A stretch of DNA of 37,117 nucleotides, from contig JAEOTS010000077.1 of assembly GCA_016839745.1 (NCBI GenBank), positions 1-37,117 on the forward strand, read 5' to 3'. The translations under genes were made by a program, and so were the position numbers. The notes below the pieces were generated by a model. The model was not told where the DNA came from, ran no database searches, and saw nothing but the letters and a program-made list of their open reading frames with translations. Position 1 is the stretch's first letter. Each line of letters starts with the position of its first letter. Of this stretch, positions 36,551-37,117 are shown one piece after another. Source of the stretch: Promethearchaeota archaeon. GTDB taxonomy: Archaea; Asgardarchaeota; Lokiarchaeia; Sigyniarchaeales; SOKP01.

Positions 36551-36559
36551 TAAAATTTT

Positions 36560-37117
36560 TTAAGGAGTTAAAGGTTTTTGCTCTTTAGTAATAAACTCAA
36601 CGGTATCAATAAACTCATCCCTGTATTTAAGCTCCGTGCTACAGATTCCTTTAATTTGTTCAACAAATTGGATGTCTCTATAATATTTGAGGTCAATTGC
36701 TCGAGCTGGACAGGACGACACGCAAACTCCGCAACCTTTACATTTTAACCCGTCTACTACAGCGATTGCGTCTGCGTTAACTTTTATAGCCTCGTAATTA
36801 CAAACTTTCTCGCATCTATGACACCCCGTACAGAGATTGTCGTCAATTTCAGCCACCATTAGTTCTTGAACAATAGAATCCTTGGAAAGTAATGTAGCTG
36901 CTTTACTTGCGGCAGCTGAAGCTGTTGAGACGGATGATGGAATATTCTTTGGGCCAGCAGCGCATCCACATATATAAACGCCCATATTTGTCGTTTCCTG
37001 AGGTTTTAAGCATCCATGAACTTCAGTTAAAAATCCGTAGCTATCCTTACTTAAACCTAATGTCTCAATTAGTTTTACTGAATTCTTAGAAGGTACCATA
37101 CCAGTTGATAGAACAAC
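36560..37117 (-). CDS. hdrA: Heterodisulfide reductase subunit A-like protein, C-terminal part (5' end outside the window)
   Basis: Frame is open to the window edge ('VVLSTGMVPS'); 'GVYICGCAAGPKNIPSSV', ferredoxin 'CTGCHRCEKVC' and 'CKGCGVCVSSCP'. Confidence 0.88.
   Translation of the reverse strand, partial: VVLSTGMVPSKNSVKLIETLGLSKDSYGFLTEVHGCLKPQETTNMGVYICGCAAGPKNIPSSVSTASAAASKAATLLSKDSIVQELMVAEIDDNLCTGCHRCEKVCNYEAIKVNADAIAVVDGLKCKGCGVCVSSCPARAIDLKYYRDIQFVEQIKGICSTELKYRDEFIDTVEFITKEQKPLTP

Noticed and set aside
1422-36907. Short ORF-track entries overlapping confident genes (e.g. 1422-1646, 2560-2790, 7815-8315, 8506-8700, 14975-15241, 21040-21477, 26280-26513, 30827-31055, 33664-33864)
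   Set aside because: Antisense or alternate-frame shadows of well-supported CDSs, with no recognisable motifs.
1-37117. CRISPR arrays, tRNA/rRNA genes, transposases, integrases
   Set aside because: No regularly spaced repeats, cloverleaf or rRNA-like GC-rich segments, or recombinase/transposase motifs were seen by eye.

Overview
AT-rich prokaryotic window, most likely from an Asgard archaeon (Lokiarchaeia-like). This is inferred from a Rab-like small GTPase, a longin/uDENN-like protein, an IPGY-TM-basic (Loki-CTERM-type) sorting tail, an HdrA C-terminus, an FrhB-family protein and TATA-box promoters. 1-12.8 kb holds mixed redox and housekeeping genes: flavodoxin-like pair, Old Yellow Enzyme, Rab-like GTPase, MBL hydrolases, DsbA/FrnE, FrhB-TrmB fusion and MscL. 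12.9-31.7 kb is a ~19 kb catabolic unit. A minus-strand run of 15 genes (OppB/C/D/F, TetR, class III aminotransferase, three unrelated amidohydrolases, SCP2, BKACE, thioesterase, thiolase, 3-hydroxyacyl-CoA dehydrogenase, gamma-CA-like) diverges from OppA plus a membrane protein. The two divergent promoters are identical 69-bp inverted copies. The right end has an M29 aminopeptidase, MoxR-DsrE-VWA and a partial hdrA followed by a SECIS-like structure. Top candidates for new biology: (i) a 28-codon Ile/Leu/Val-rich leader ORF with hairpins and U-tracts upstream of the FrhB-TrmB fusion, resembling a bacterial ilv attenuator; (ii) the 69-bp inverted duplicated promoter; (iii) a putative ligase-free beta-amino-acid/amide catabolic pathway fed by an ABC importer whose ATPases carry fused membrane domains; (iv) a circularly permuted MscL. 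All family calls are from motif recognition by eye; no searches were run.
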